Both the position numbers and the translations under genes were made by a program. This document shows, in pieces, positions 1-15,547 of a stretch of 64,000 nt of DNA. How positions within the stretch are numbered: the first letter of the stretch is position 1; each line of letters opens with the position of its first letter. Source of the stretch: the human T2T-CHM13v2.0 reference genome, Homo sapiens; the NCBI RefSeq assembly GCF_009914755.1, contig NC_060933.1. The stretch is one strand, 5' to 3'. The notes beneath the pieces were generated by a model. It was not told the DNA's origin and did no database searches. It saw only the letters and a program-made list of their open reading frames with translations.

Positions 1-625
1 TGGCCAATATGGAGCTGTCCATACCTAATATGACAGCTGCAAAACTCACAAAAATAAATCTAAGTTATTTTCCACTTACTAATTTAGCTACTTCTCCCAG
101 ATACTAATTCTTTCTGATCCATATTATTTATGTTACAATAAACAAATCAGTTTTACTGAAGAAAAGATTGATATTTACTTTATTTCTCCAATAAATAGGA
201 TAAGTAGAGTAGAGTAGGGTAGAGTTGGGAGAATGTAGACTGAGCTTTTTTTCTCCTTCATATGTATATTTTTACTTCTATCTGTACATGCAGAGATATA
301 AATATTATCTATATATCATTTTGGAAATAGCTGGTAAAAATATTAATTTCACAAAATATTACATTTGGTTCTCAAATATGCATTAACTTCACCTACCTCT
401 GGAATTTTTAACAAATCTCTTTTTTCACAACTTCCTTATTTTCTCAGATTCTGGTCCTAACTGCCTTTGCAGCATCTCTGTGCAAAATCATAATATGTTT
501 TATGTTTTACTGTAAAATTATTTTCAGTACTTCAAAGTTACAATTCCTTGATAACACACATCTATGTTTCTGTACAGCAACAGAAGACATGTTTCTACCA
601 GTCTCTATGGGATTCCCCCAAACTC

Positions 626-626
626 T

Positions 627-671
<45 letters not shown>

Positions 672-702
672 AGAGAGAGAGAGAGAGCAAGAGAGAGAGA
701 GA
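626..702. repeat. Compound (TG)n-(GA)n microsatellite
   Basis: About 20 TG units followed by an interrupted GA run, read directly. Confidence 0.95.
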
Positions 703-964
703 AAATGCTTGCGCAAACAGACAACCTTAAGATGTCCTTAATTCAAGTAATTTTTACAAGTACTAAAAGTCATAATAACATAGTCTTAGCCTTCTACTCT
801 TGGAGAAGTCATGTCATGGGCACATTCATGTATAAGGGGATTCTTTCCTGAGAACATTGGGTAGCTAATTTCTCAGGAATGTGGTGCTGAGAATCATCTA
901 CAATCAATGATAAATGTTTGTATGATTAAACAAAAGTCTAGATGAATGAATTAAGAATGTATGA

Positions 965-1243
965 GGCTTGGCACGGTAGCTCATGTCTGTAATCCCAGCA
1001 CTTTGGGAGGCTGTGGCAGGAGGATCACTTGAGCCCAGGAGCTCAAGATCAGCCTAGGCAGCACAGGAAGGCTCCAGCTCTACAAAAGAAAAAAAATAAC
1101 GGGGCATGGTGATGTGAGCCTGTAGTCCCAGCTAATCAGGAAGCTGAAGTGAGAGGATCATGAGATCCCAGGAGTTTAAGGCTGCAGTGAGCTATGATCA
1201 CACCACTGTACTCCAGCCTGGGCAACAAAGCAAGATGCTGTTG
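965..1243 (+). mobile_element. Alu SINE, AluJ-like
   Basis: GGCTTGGCACGGTAGCTCATG...TAATCCCAGCACTTTGGGAGG start, dimeric body, J-type GGAGGATCACTTGAGCCCAGGAG. Confidence 0.92.
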
Positions 1244-1326
1244 AAAGAAAGAAGGAAAGGAAAGGAGGGAGGGAGGGAAGGAGGGAGGGAGGGATAAATG
1301 AAGGAAGGAAAAAAAGGAAGGAAAGA
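1244..1326. repeat. Polypurine (GGAA/GGAG) tract replacing the Alu tail
   Basis: Almost purine-only run directly after the Alu body. Confidence 0.85.
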
Positions 1327-2626
1327 TAAATGGAATACTAGCAGCTAAATTTGTTGCTGTGGCTAGAGGCCACCCTGGACAATACATTTAAATAATGTGT
1401 GTGTTTTCTTGCACTTTTCCTAACAGTTCTTTCCTGCTTCATGATAACCACCCATGGGGCTCTCAGGGATGAATGCTCAGAGCCCTCACTTTCTCCTATG
1501 CCCCCATCCCCTGCTGCAGTGCCTTTCCATGGCCAGCCTTCCAGAAGCGGACACAAGCATAAGATGACATAGACTGCTCAAAACCCGCCATGAAAGCTAA
1601 ACCCAGAGCAAAGCTGACTCCCGTCTCTGAGCCACAGGATGCCAAGGACAAGCCAGGTATAAATCACTTCTTCCCTAGGGCATTCAGGAAAATATTACCA
1701 GCAAAGAAATAATTTCCATCACCTTAGGCATTGGGTGGAAAATGGAAACAGGGTTGGGAGGAAGTGAAGGCAGGAAATAAAGCTGCCTTCATCCTGCCAT
1801 GGGGCAGAGAGATTAAAAAGATGAAAGAAAAAAGCTTGAAAATGAATTCCTTAACCTTGGAGGACTAAAAGAAAGAGCCTACAGGGAAGACACTCAGAAT
1901 GTGGATACAGAAAACCAAATAAAGCAATATTAAAATAGATTTCCCTAAAAATCTGCTGGTTTCATTTTTGTTATTGGCTTATAAGCCAGTGTTTACATGT
2001 GATACAAATGCTGGCATTACAAGGTTCAAAATTATCAGTTCCTGAAAACAGAAGAAACAATTATCTTGTGAGTTTAAAACAATACCGTAAAAATCTAGCA
2101 GATCACCACAAATATGCTATCAATATCAAATGTCATATTACTGACATATTCATTTGGAGATGCTGTTCCTTGTGAAATCACTCAGAAGAGAAAAACGACA
2201 AAAATCCAGACCAAAAGAGAAATTTTAAAATAAACATTTTAGTTTTAAGTAGCAGAGCTGACCCTGCAATCTCGACGGTGACCATTAACTCCAATAGATG
2301 ATAATAAAGTCCCATCACCTTTACCCCATTCCCATAGCTCCACTGAAGTCAGTGAGCAGGGAAACTAAGCAAAAAGTGCATGATAAATTAGCTGAGAGCA
2401 TCGACTGTGACAGGTGTCTGTTTGGCACCCTCCATGGATTCTGGTCGTGGTGTTCAGCTAATCTTCACACAGGCCCAATAATCCCAAGAAGAGAGGCTTT
2501 AAACAAGCTCTGATTTTCAGAATTAATCTGCTTTGAGGCAGAGATGTTCCTGTAAAATATTATTACTACTTTCATTTCTGGTTCCTTGCAAAAATTAATG
2601 CAAGATAAAAAAAAATTAATGTTTTG

Positions 2627-2740
2627 ATGGGCACAATGGCACACGCCTATAGTCCCAGCTACTTGGGAGGCTGAGGTGGGAGGATCACAACAGCCCAGGA
2701 GTTCAAGGCCAGCCTGAGCAACATAATGAGACCCCATCTT
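2627..2740 (+). mobile_element. Free Alu monomer (FLAM/FAM-like)
   Basis: Single ~115 bp monomer GGGCACAATGGCACACGCCTATAGTCCCAGCTACTTGGGAGG...GAGACCCCATCT. Confidence 0.85.
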
Positions 2741-2899
2741 TAGCGTACTTTTTCAATTAAAAAATATATAAATAATTAAATGTTTGCTCTGCATTTTATT
2801 TGAAAGAAACGACATAGGAACTTGCACATACTTCAGTCTATAGCTTCTTCATACACACACATATGTGTTCCTACATAATGTGTGGACTTCATATAAAAG

Positions 2900-3110
2900 T
2901 AGAGAGAACACTATTGTTGGAAAGAGAAATTCTGGGTTTGAAGGCCAACTGTAAGGCTATTTGATGGGGTAAATCTTTTGAGCACTCTGAGCTCCAATTT
3001 TCTTATTTATAAGAATGCTTCTTTTCCCTTCCCACTTTACTTGGTGATTTTAAGACTCTGAGAGTGAAGGAAAGCCTGTGAAAATGCTTTATATCCTAAA
3101 GCATGTCTAG
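2900..3110 (+). mobile_element. Degenerate MIR SINE
   Basis: Diverged MIR core CACTCTGAGCTCCAATTTTCTTATTTATAAGAATG. Confidence 0.5.
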
Positions 3111-3372
3111 AAACAGCAGTATTTCTATGTTTACTTCTCACTTGTCTTCATGTTCTGTTAATGTAGGAATGCACTTTTTTGTAGTATATGGGTCTTTGAC
3201 ATATGTATTTTTGCTGTTGATCAAAACATTTCAGATTCGCTCATTAGAATATATTATTAATTAAACCCTTTGGTAAATCTTTTGTAAAGCATTGCTTGTC
3301 TTTAAATTTAGTCTTCCCTAGACTCTGCTTGCTTAATGCAGGACAGTCTACAATTTGTTTTTATAGCTCTAG

Positions 3373-3588
3373 AGCATGCTTTCTCAAGCTCAATGCTATT
3401 GTCATTTGAGGCTAGATAATTTTGGGGACAGTCCCGTGCATTGCATGGTGTTTAACAGCATCCTTGGCTTCTACCTCTAGATGTCAGTAGTACATCCCAA
3501 CCCAGTTGTGAAGACCAAAAACATGTTCTCAGATATTGTCAAAGAGGATACCCCGGGTGTCAAAATTGCACCTAGTTGAGAACCAACT
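3373..3588 (-). mobile_element. MER20 (hAT-Charlie non-autonomous DNA transposon)
   Basis: Ends GTTGAGAACCA (reverse complement of the MER20 start); internal CCAGTTGTGAAGACCAAAAACATGTTCTCAGATATTG matches MER20. Confidence 0.8.
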
Positions 3589-3639
3589 AGATACTGAGAG
3601 TATGTAGAGAAAGGAGGGAAAAAAGATTTGTTTTAAAAG

Positions 3640-3788
3640 CAGGGATCCTGGATTTCAATCAAGCCCCAGTCTTGCCTCTGAGTATGCAAGCTTGAACAAA
3701 TTACTAACTTTTCTAGGCTGGGTTCCATATCTATATGAAGTAATTGGACAAGATAACCTTTAAGGACCCTCCCAGCTCTAACTTTCTA
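3640..3788 (+). mobile_element. MIR-family SINE (MIR3/MIRc-like)
   Basis: Diverged core and typical 3' end TAAGGACCCTCCCAGCTCTAA. Confidence 0.6.
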
Positions 3789-3906
3789 CAGGTTTTGTAC
3801 ATTTGTTTACTGACTCCCTCCATGAAATGGATTTGTCTTTTCAAAAAGTGAAAACTTTATGTTCTTTGTGTTACAAAAGGAACAGCTTCAATATTATTAA
3901 TGTGTA

Positions 3907-4449
3907 GAGTAGTACCTCCTTTATCTGTGGTTTCGTTGTCTGCAGTTTCAGTTACTCTGGGTCAACCATGGTACAAAAATATTAAATGGAAAATTCCATT
4001 TCTACATTTTAAACTGCATGTCACTCTATGAGTTGTGTGATGAAACCTCATAGTATCCTGCTTCCTCTTGCCTGGGGTGTGAAGCGACCCTTTGTCCAGC
4101 ATACCCATGCTGTCTCCACTCCCTGCCCATTAGTGACCTAGTAGCCCTCTTGGTTATCAGGTCTACTGTAGTAGTATCACAGTGCTTGTATTCAAGTAAC
4201 CCTTGTTTTACTTCATAATGACCCCAAAGTGCAAGAGTAGTGATGCTGGCATATTGTTACAATTGTTCTACTTTATTACTGGTTATTGTTGTTACTCTCT
4301 TACTTTGCCTAATATATAAACTAAACTTTATTATAGGTATGTACGCATAGGAAAAAAGCATAGTATATATAGGGTCTGGTATTATCCGTGGTTTCAGGCA
4401 TCCACTGGGGATCTTGGAATGAACTCCTGCCAATAAGAGGGGACTACTT
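3907..4449 (+). mobile_element. MER44 (Tigger7-derived TcMar element), about MER44B size
   Basis: Terminal inverted repeats GAGTAGTACCTCCTTTATC ... ATAAGAGGGGACTACT, flanking TA dinucleotides at 3905-3906 and 4450-4451, 543 bp. Confidence 0.85.
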
Positions 4450-5139
4450 TACTTGATAAAGGGTATTTATTTGGTTGGTATAATGTTTTCACAATTTTAT
4501 AATTATTATCCACAATTCCTACAGCTGGCACTTCTTACAATATACTGCATTTCCAGGAAAAGATGAACTCATATAGGTGGACTTGGGAGTGATCTCCTAG
4601 GTAACTACATACTTCTTGAGTTGTTATTAATTGTACTCCCTTTTATCTACAACATTCATTTGCTGTTGGCTGTGAGTCAAACTTCTAAAGATTATATTCT
4701 GTAATCACTTTGAAGCAATTCTTTCCTCCAAATTGATAAGCTACTAGAAGAAAATATCAAAATCAACTTTGTTGGTTGACTTCAGCGTCAATACAAAAGG
4801 TCTAACAATTTATTTCCCACTCAGTTAAAGATAATGCTCAAAAATGAGAAACAGGTAGTCTCCACCTTAAGGTCTTGAGAGCTATGAATTAGCCATAATG
4901 ATCCTGCTCCAATGACAAAAGAACTCTTCCCAAGGACTGACCTTAGAATCTGCTGCTACTGGAGTCTCTGTCCTTTTACTCCTCCAAATGTGCCCCTCAT
5001 TGCCATGTTCCTATTCTCTACAGCAAAACTGCCTCCAGAAGAATTAGAAGGCCAGGAAACCTTCAGCCCAAGGAGTCCTTAGGAAGTCAGAATTGAGAAG
5101 TTAGAGCTCTACATCATGCAGATTCAAGGACATGTGACA

Positions 5140-8100
5140 GAAACCACCTTAGAAAACAGCTCCAGAGTAGAAAAACTTGAACTGTGATTGACAAATTGCT
5201 AAAGTCTCAGTGTGGACAAACCTGAGAGTTAAGAATTCCAGAAGGACAGTCAGGTCGGGGTAGCCCACACTTTTGTGAGTTTTACCTCTGACGGCTAGCT
5301 CAACTAGGTTTTTACAGTAAATATCCAAGAAAAGTCCCATCATACTTCCAGCAGTGCGAAAGGAAAAGGAACCATTTTGAAACACACTGGAGCACTCCTT
5401 AACAAGGTTTGCTCTCATGAGACACTGCTTAACCAGTCTCTAACCTGCTGAAGTTTTATCGAACCCTAACTGACCTGGGTGAAGGGAAATACACATCAAC
5501 TCTAGGCAGATCTAGCCTTCCCTGTGGAAGAAAGGAAATACCCCACTCCAGCCCACTCTACATTGTTTTCCCTAAGAAGAAGGGGATGGATTGAGAAGCA
5601 CTTGCAAAATCCACAGTCCAGAGGCACAGAAAATACTAAGGCACTAAAAGGCACAGAGGCACTAAAAGACAGACCTAATCCTAGGACTATAGAATAAAGA
5701 GGAAAAGGAACAGAAAATATATTTTTTAAATTACTTGAGAAATTCTTCAAATTAGTGTCAAACACCAAACCACAGATCCAGGAAGCTCAGAAAAAGCTAA
5801 GCAGGATAAATGCCAAAAAGTACATCTAGGCATATCACTTTCAAACTACAGAAAACCAAAGACAAAGAAAAACTCCTGAAAGAAACCAGAGGCAAAAAAA
5901 CACCTTACCTACAGAGGAACAAATATAAGATTACATCCAGCTTCCCCTTTGAAACCATGCACGCAAGAAAAGAGTGGAGTGAAATATTTAAAGTGTTTGA
6001 GAGGGGGAAAAAAAAAAAAAAACAACTCACCAACCTAAAATTCTTGCTTTACCCTGCAAGACTATTTTTCAAAAGTAAAGGAGAAATAAAGACTTTCTCA
6101 GAGAAAGATGGAGGAAACGTGTTGCCAGTAGTCCTGCCTTGCAAGAGATGTTAAAAGAAGTTATTTAGAAAGAGGTAAAATAGTATAGGTCAGAAACTCA
6201 GATTCTCATAAAGAGAGGAAGAACATTGAAGAAGAAATAAGTGAAGGTAACATAAATTTATTTTTCTTATTCTTGAGTAATTTAACAGATAACAATTTGT
6301 TTGAAATAATAATAGCAACAATGTATTCATTATGTATGCTTATACATAAATGGCATGAATGACAGCAATGACACAAAGGATAGGAGGGAGAAATTAGGAT
6401 AATTTTGTTATAAGGTACTCACTTCTCATGAAATAGTATAGTGTTGTTTGAAAGTGGACTTATATTCATTGTAAATGTATATTGTAAATTCTAGGGCAAC
6501 CACTAAAAAGAGTTTAAAAAGAAGTATAACTGATATGCTAAAAAAGGAGAAAAGTAAAATCATATAAACTAAAACAATGAAAGGCAGAAAATCAGTGTAA
6601 GAGAAAAATAGAAACAAAGAACAAGGACAAATAAATAGAAAATAGTAACAAATAGGGTAGATATTAATCCAACTACATTGTAATCACTTTTGACATAAGT
6701 AATCTAGTCACACTAATTAAAAGAAAGAGATTGTCAGAATGAATAAAAAGAAAAGACTCAACTATATCTTGTCTATAAGAAACCCACTTTAAATATAAAG
6801 ATGCATATAGGTTAAAAGTAAACCTATATGCAAAAAGATGAAAAAAGACATACCAGCTAACACTAATCAAAAGAAACTGGGAACACCTATATTAACTTCA
6901 AACAGAACAAATGTTGAAGTAAGGAAAGTTTTCAGAAATAAAGAAATACACTGAGTAATGATAAAGAGGTCAGTACTCCAAGAAGACATGTCAATCCTTA
7001 ACATGTATGCACCTAACAACACAGCATCAAGCTGCATGTGGGAAAAACTGATAGAACTCCAAGGAGAAATAGATGACCACTATTATTATTAGAAATCTCA
7101 AACCCTTCTATCAGAAATGAACCAATCCAGCAAAGATAAATCAGTAAGAACATAATTGAACTCAAAAAACCCATCAATCAACCGGACATAATTGACATCT
7201 ATAGCCTACTTCATCCCACAACAGCAGATTACATATTCTTTTCAAACTCTCATGAAACATTAACCAAGATAAACCATGTTCTGAGCCATAAAACATGCCT
7301 TAACAAATTTAAAAGAATATAAATTATACAAGATCTGCTTTCAGGCCAATATGGAATTAAAGTAGAAATCAACAACAGAATGATAACTGGAAAATCCCAA
7401 AATACATGGATACTAAACAACATACTTCTAAATAACACAGAAGTCAATGAAGAAATCTCAAGAGAAATTTTAAAATATTTTGAACTGAATGAAAATAAAA
7501 ACACAACTTATCAAAAGTGTGAGATGCAGTGAAAGCAGTGCATAAAGGGAAATTTATAGCATTGAATACATATATTTAAAAAGAACATCTAAAATGAATA
7601 ATAATTTAATAAATTATAAAAAGAAGAGAAAAATTAAGGAAAAAAGAAGTGGAAATTTAAAAGAAATTAAAGGAGAAAGATCTAAAATTAATAATCTAAT
7701 AAATGAATAATCTACTAAACAAGAAAAAGTGAGTAACTTAAATCCAAAGCAGAATAAATAATAAAATGGAGAGCAGAAACCGATAAAATTGAAAACAGAG
7801 AAAACAAAAACAAAAACTCATTCTTTGAAAAGATCAATGAAATTCATAAGCTCCTACCCAGGCCAACAGAAAATAAAGAGGAATTACACAAATGACTAAT
7901 ATCAGAAATAAAAGAAGGGCCATCATTACAAAGTCCAAAGAGATTAAAAAAATGAAAGAACACTATGTACCACTCTATGTCTACCAATTTGATAACCTAG
8001 ATGAAATGGACCAATTCCATGAAAGACATAATCTTCAAAAAAAATTACACAAGAAGAAATAGACAATCTGAATAGGCCAATATCTATTAAAGATAGTGAA

Positions 8101-8373
8101 TCAATGAATAATAATATACCAAAACAGAAAACACCAGATCCAGATGGATTTACCAGAGAATTCTACCACACATTTAAGGAAGAAATTATAACAATTCCCT
8201 ATAGTCTCTTCCAGAAAACAGAAGCAAAGGAATAATTCCTAATTTATTTTGTGAGGCCAGTATTACCCTAATACCAAAACCAGACAAAGTCATTACAAGA
8301 AAAGAAAAATACACCATGACCAAGTAAAGGTTATCCCAGATATGCATATCTAGTTCAACATTCAAAACCACTT
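5140..8373 (+). mobile_element. Old LINE-1 (L1MC-like), 5' part: 5'UTR, ORF1 remnant and ORF2 endonuclease/linker remnant
   Basis: ORF 5810-6154 resembles the ORF1p C-terminal half (RHITFKL...YPARLFFKSKGEIKTF); decayed ORF2 EN motifs follow from about 6660. Confidence 0.85.
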
Positions 8374-8910
8374 AACGGGAGAGTACCACGGACAATATTG
8401 CTGAATAGACATACCTGGTGCTCATCTTCCTCTCAAGAAAGACCCAAGGTAATGAATAAAAAACTGAAATTCAACTGGAGTATCTGAGGGAGGGCACTGA
8501 CGTGCAATAAGGAAATACGGAGATCCCTGTGGAGCACAGAAGCCCAGAATGGCAGCATAGAAAGAAGAGTGGAGCCCCTGCTCCAGCCACCTCATCTCCC
8601 CTGCCTGGATTGGCTCAGAGTCAGGAGGGACTTTATTCTGAGAAAAAAAAAAAAGGAGACAATCCCCGTTAACCCCCATTTTCACCATAAATACCTGCAG
8701 TCCTTACTACAGGAGAATCCCGCAGTCCTCATAAGTCCTGAGCCCAATTTGAAGAGCTATCTGGAATTAGCACGATTGCATTACTCTAGATTAGAAGCAC
8801 AACTTGTGCACTGCCCACCCCACCCCCTTTATAACCCAAGTTGCTGCAGCATAATGCCATCTTGAAACTAGAGCCACTGCCAGAAGACATCCTCCTCTGG
8901 GGCCCAATAG

Positions 8911-11053
<2,143 letters not shown>

Positions 11054-11403
11054 AAAGAAATGGCCCTGCAGAACTGCTCCAGGTGGACCTGCCCTTGAGC
11101 TGGCTGAGGAACAACATGCCTATAACCCTGGCCGTAGAAATAGCCCAGAAGACTTGCCCCTGGCAAGCATCCCTGGTGTCCCTGGATGGGGAAACAGCAA
11201 GGCAGACCTGTCTTTAAAGGATTTACCCCAAGATGCCTGAGTAGCTGTGCACCTGGCCTCTGGCTGGAGAAACAGCCCAGTGGCCCTGACCTCAGTGTGC
11301 CAGTCCCCAAGCCAGCAAATCTGCCACACACATCTGTGCCCCTATGCCCTGAGAAAGTCTGATTAGACCACCTCTGGGCAAAGCAATGCCACTGCTGCCA
11401 CAA

Positions 11404-11578
11404 ATTCCTGCGCCTAAGCTACTGAGATGCTTGCAAACATTGCTAATCTAGATTAGAGGTGAAGAAACTGCACAGAGACTGCACTACTACATTCCTGCAG
11501 CCTAAGCTACTGAGGTGCTTGCAAATATTGCTAATGTAGATTACAGGTGATGAAACTGCACAGAGACTGCACTACTAC
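11404..11578. repeat. Tandem duplication, ~88 bp x2
   Basis: ATTCCTGC...GCACTACTAC at 11404-11490 and 11491-11578 with about 6 differences. Confidence 0.92.
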
Positions 11579-11941
11579 ATTCACCCAGAACAAAAGCCAA
11601 TGTACCCCATCCAATCAGCACCCCAAGATTTGTCTATAGGAATAAGTATTTTTCCATAAAAGCTACTTCATAAAATTGGAGAGGGCAACCGTTCTACCAG
11701 ATGACAACTATGAATGTAGGGGTACAAGAAACATAAAAAAACAACAAAACACCTCCAAAGGAACACAGTAATTCTCTAGTAACAAACCCCAAAGAAAAGG
11801 AAACATTAAAATACCAGAAAAGGAATTCAAAATGATGATCTCAAGGAAATTTGGTGAATTCAACAATATCAGGAAAACAATTCATGATCTGAATGATAAA
11901 TGCAACAATGAAATATATAATTTAAAAAAAAACAGGAATCT

Positions 11942-12260
11942 GGCCAGGCACAGTGGCTCGTGCCTGTAGTCTCAGCACTTTGGGAGGCAAAGGCAGGCAG
12001 ATCACCTGAGGTCAGGAGTTCAAGATCAACCTGGCCAACATGGTGAAACCCCGTCTCTACTAAAAATATAAAATTGGCTGGGCATGGTCATACGTGCCTG
12101 TAATCTCAGCTACTTGGGAGGCTGAGGCAGGGAGAATCACTTAAACCCAGGAGGCAGAGGTTGCAGTGAGCCAAGATCATGCCATTGCGTTTCAGCTTGG
12201 GCGATAGAGCAAGACTCAGTCTCAAAAAAAAAAAAAACAAACAAACAAAAACAAAAACAG
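11942..12260 (+). mobile_element. Alu, AluS-like
   Basis: Full dimer with GATCACCTGAGGTCAGGAGTTC, A-tail, and degenerate TSD AAAACAGGAATCT/AAAACAAGAATTT. Confidence 0.95.
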
Positions 12261-12359
12261 AAAACAAGAATTTTAAAGCTGAAGAATTCAATGAATGAAA
12301 TAGAAATAAAAAATACAGTTGACAGCTTCAACAACAGACTAGACCAAGCAGAAGAATTT

Positions 12360-12654
<295 letters not shown>

Positions 12655-13479
12655 AAGCAGAAGAATTTCTGAACTTGAAGACAGCCTTTTTGAAAAAAGA
12701 TAGGCAGACCGAAAGAAAAGGAAGGAAAGAAGAAGGAAGGAAGGAAGGAAGGAAATAAATAAATGATCACCTACAGGACTTATGGGAAACTATTAAGAGA
12801 ACAAAAATCCACATTATAGAAATTCCAGAAGGAAAAGAAATGAGCAGAGGTAAGAAAACATATTTAGTAAAATAACAGCTGAAAACTTTCCAAGTTGCTT
12901 TAATATATAGCAGCAATTAAAAGTGGAATTTGAAATTAAAAACACATTGCCATTTACATTAGCACACCAAAAAATGAAATACTTAGGCACAAATCTAAGA
13001 AAATATGTATAAGATCTATAAACTATTAGAAAAACTATAAAAGTCTGAATGAAAGAAATCAAAACACAACTAAATAAATGGAAATCTATTCATGTGCATA
13101 GAGTCAATATTGTCTAGATATTAGTTCTATCTAATATGATCTATACATTCAACTAAATCCCAATCAAAATAGCAGCATTTATTTTGTGGATATTGACAAA
13201 CTGATTCAAAAGTTTACATAGAGAGATAAAAGACCCAGAATAGCCAACTCAATGCTAAATGAGAACAAAGTCAGAAAATTGACACTACCCAACTTAAAGA
13301 CATAGTATAAAGGTATAGTAACCAAGACAGTGTAGTATTGGCACAAGAATAAACAAGAAAATCAAAGGATCAGAACAGAGAGCCCAGAAATAGGCACATA
13401 ATATAGTTAACTGATCTTTGACAAAGGAATAAAGGCAATAAAATGGAGCAAAAATAGTCTTTTTAAATATGGGTGCTGG

Positions 13480-13862
13480 CCATGGAAAACTACGCAGCCA
13501 TAAAAGGGAATGAGATCATATCCTTTGGAAGGACATGGATGGAGCTGGAGGCCATTACCCTTAGCAAACTAATACAGGAACAGAAAACCAAATACCATGT
13601 GTTCTCACTTGAAAGTGGGAGCTGAATGATGAGAACACATGGACACATGGAGGGGAACAAAACACATGAGACCTGTCAGATGATAGCGGGTGGGAGAAGG
13701 GACAGCATCAGAAAGAATAGCTAATAGTTGCTAGGCTTAATACCTGGGTGATGGGATGATCTGTGCAGCAAACCACCATGGAACATGTTTACCTATGTAA
13801 TAAACCTGCACATCCTGCACATGTGCACATGTATCCCTGAACTTAAAAGTTGGAAATAAGAA

Positions 13863-13865
<3 letters not shown>
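13480..13865 (+). mobile_element. L1PA11-13-like 3' end
   Basis: 3'UTR AGCATCAGAAAGAATAGCTAAT...ATACCTGGGTGATGGGATGATCTGTGCAGC; residual TSD GGTGCTG at 13472-13478 and 13941-13947. Confidence 0.85.
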
Positions 13866-13867
<2 letters not shown>

Positions 13868-13927
<60 letters not shown>

Positions 13928-13940
13928 TACATACACACAC
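13868..13940. repeat. (TA)24-(CA)n microsatellite in the L1 tail position
   Basis: Read directly. Confidence 0.95.
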
Positions 13941-15425
13941 GGTGCTGAACAACTGGCCATTCATGTGCAGAAAAGTAAATATAAACACAGACTTTAAACC
14001 CTTCCCAATAATTAATTCAAAATGAATCATAGAGCTAAACATAAAATGCAACTGTAAAACTCCTAGAAAATAACAGAGAAGAAAATCTAGATGGCCTTGT
14101 GTATGATGACTTTTTAGATTAAAAAAACAGAAACATAATACATGACAGAAATAATTGATAATCTGGACTTCATTAAAATTAAAAACTTCCATTCTGTGAA
14201 AGATAATGTCCAAGAGAATGAGAAGACAAGAAACAGATGGGGAGAAATTATTTGCAAAACACATATCTAATAAAGGACTGTTATGCAAAAGATACCAAGG
14301 ACTCTTAAAATTAAAATGAACAACCCAATCTAAAAAAACTGAGCAAAATACCTGAACAGACACTTCACTAAAGAAGATATACAAGTGGCAAATAAGCATA
14401 TGAAAAGATGCTCCATATCATATGTCATCAGGAAAATGCAAATTAAAACAATGAGAAACCACTACATACTTACTAGAAAGACTGAAACACTGATGACACC
14501 AAATAATGGCAAAGATGTGGAGCAACAGGAGCTGTCATTCATTGCTGGGGGGAATGCAAAATGGTACTGCTACTTTGGAAGACCTTTTGGCAATTTCTCA
14601 CAAAACTAAACATAATCTTGCCATGCAATTTACCTTGTTATTTACACAATTTTCCTTGTAATTTACATAAAAGAACTGATAATTTATGTCCACACAAAAA
14701 CCTGCACATGTATGCTTACAGCAGCTTTATTCATAATTGCCAAAACTTGGTAGCAACCAAGATATCCTTTAGTAGGTGAATGGATAAACAAACTATGGAG
14801 CATGTGGACCATGGAATATTATTCAGTGCAAAAAAATGAGCTATTAAGCCATGAAAACACACAGAGGAACCTTAAATGCATATTACTAAAAGAAGCCAAT
14901 CTGACAAGATGATATACTATATGATTCCAACTACATGACATTCTGGAAAATGCAAAACTATGAAGATAGTAAAAAGATGAAGAGTTATCAGAGATGCAGT
15001 TGTAGAGGAGGGATCAATAGGTGGAGCATAAAGGATTTTCATGGTAGTGAAACTGCTTCTCTGTATGATACTAAAATGTCCAAACTCATAGGATGTACAA
15101 CACCAAGAATGGACCTCCATATAAACAATAGTCTCCAGGCGATAATTGATGGGTCAGTGTAGGTTCATCAGTTGTTAACAAATGTACCACTCTGGTGGGG
15201 AATATTGATAATGGAGGAGGCTATGCATGTGTGGGGGGCAGGATATATATAAGAAATATTACCTTCTTCTCAATTTTACTGTGAACCTGAAATGTCCCTG
15301 GAAAAATAAATTCTTTAAAATCTATGAAGATGGAAATGATCATGGAATTGATCAAATAATAATATAATATGCATTTTTTAAATTCATAATCAGGAAAATT
15401 GGGCTTTAGTCTACAAATAGGTTTT

Positions 15426-15547
15426 TGTTTGTTTGTTTGTTTGTTTTGGTTTATTTGTTTAGAGATTGAGTCTTGCTTCATCACCCAGACTGGAGTGCGG
15501 TAGCGTGATCATGGCTCACTGTAATCTTGAACTCTTGGGCTCAAGTG
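15426..15547 (-). mobile_element. 5'-truncated Alu (AluJ-like right-arm end) with 13-bp TSD
   Basis: TSD ACAAATAGGTTTT at 15413-15425 and 15548-15560 flanks the T-rich tail and ~90 bp of Alu. Confidence 0.88.

Larger units (their letters stand above)
12897..15315 (+). mobile_element. L1MC1-like LINE-1, 3' part (ORF2 C-terminal remnant and 3'UTR), interrupted at 13480-13940
   Basis: ORF2 remnant ([10 protein letters not shown]...) and L1MC1-type 3'UTR GTAGGTTCATCAGTTGTTAACAAATGTACCACTCTGGTGGGG...CTGTGAACCT. Confidence 0.85.

Noticed and set aside
12735-12754. (GGAA)5 as an EWS-FLI1 response microsatellite
   Set aside because: Short; well below the lengths associated with strong activity.
13737-14399. 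220-aa minus-strand ORF
   Set aside because: Antisense reading of L1 plus a TA/CA microsatellite (YIYIYI); not a gene.
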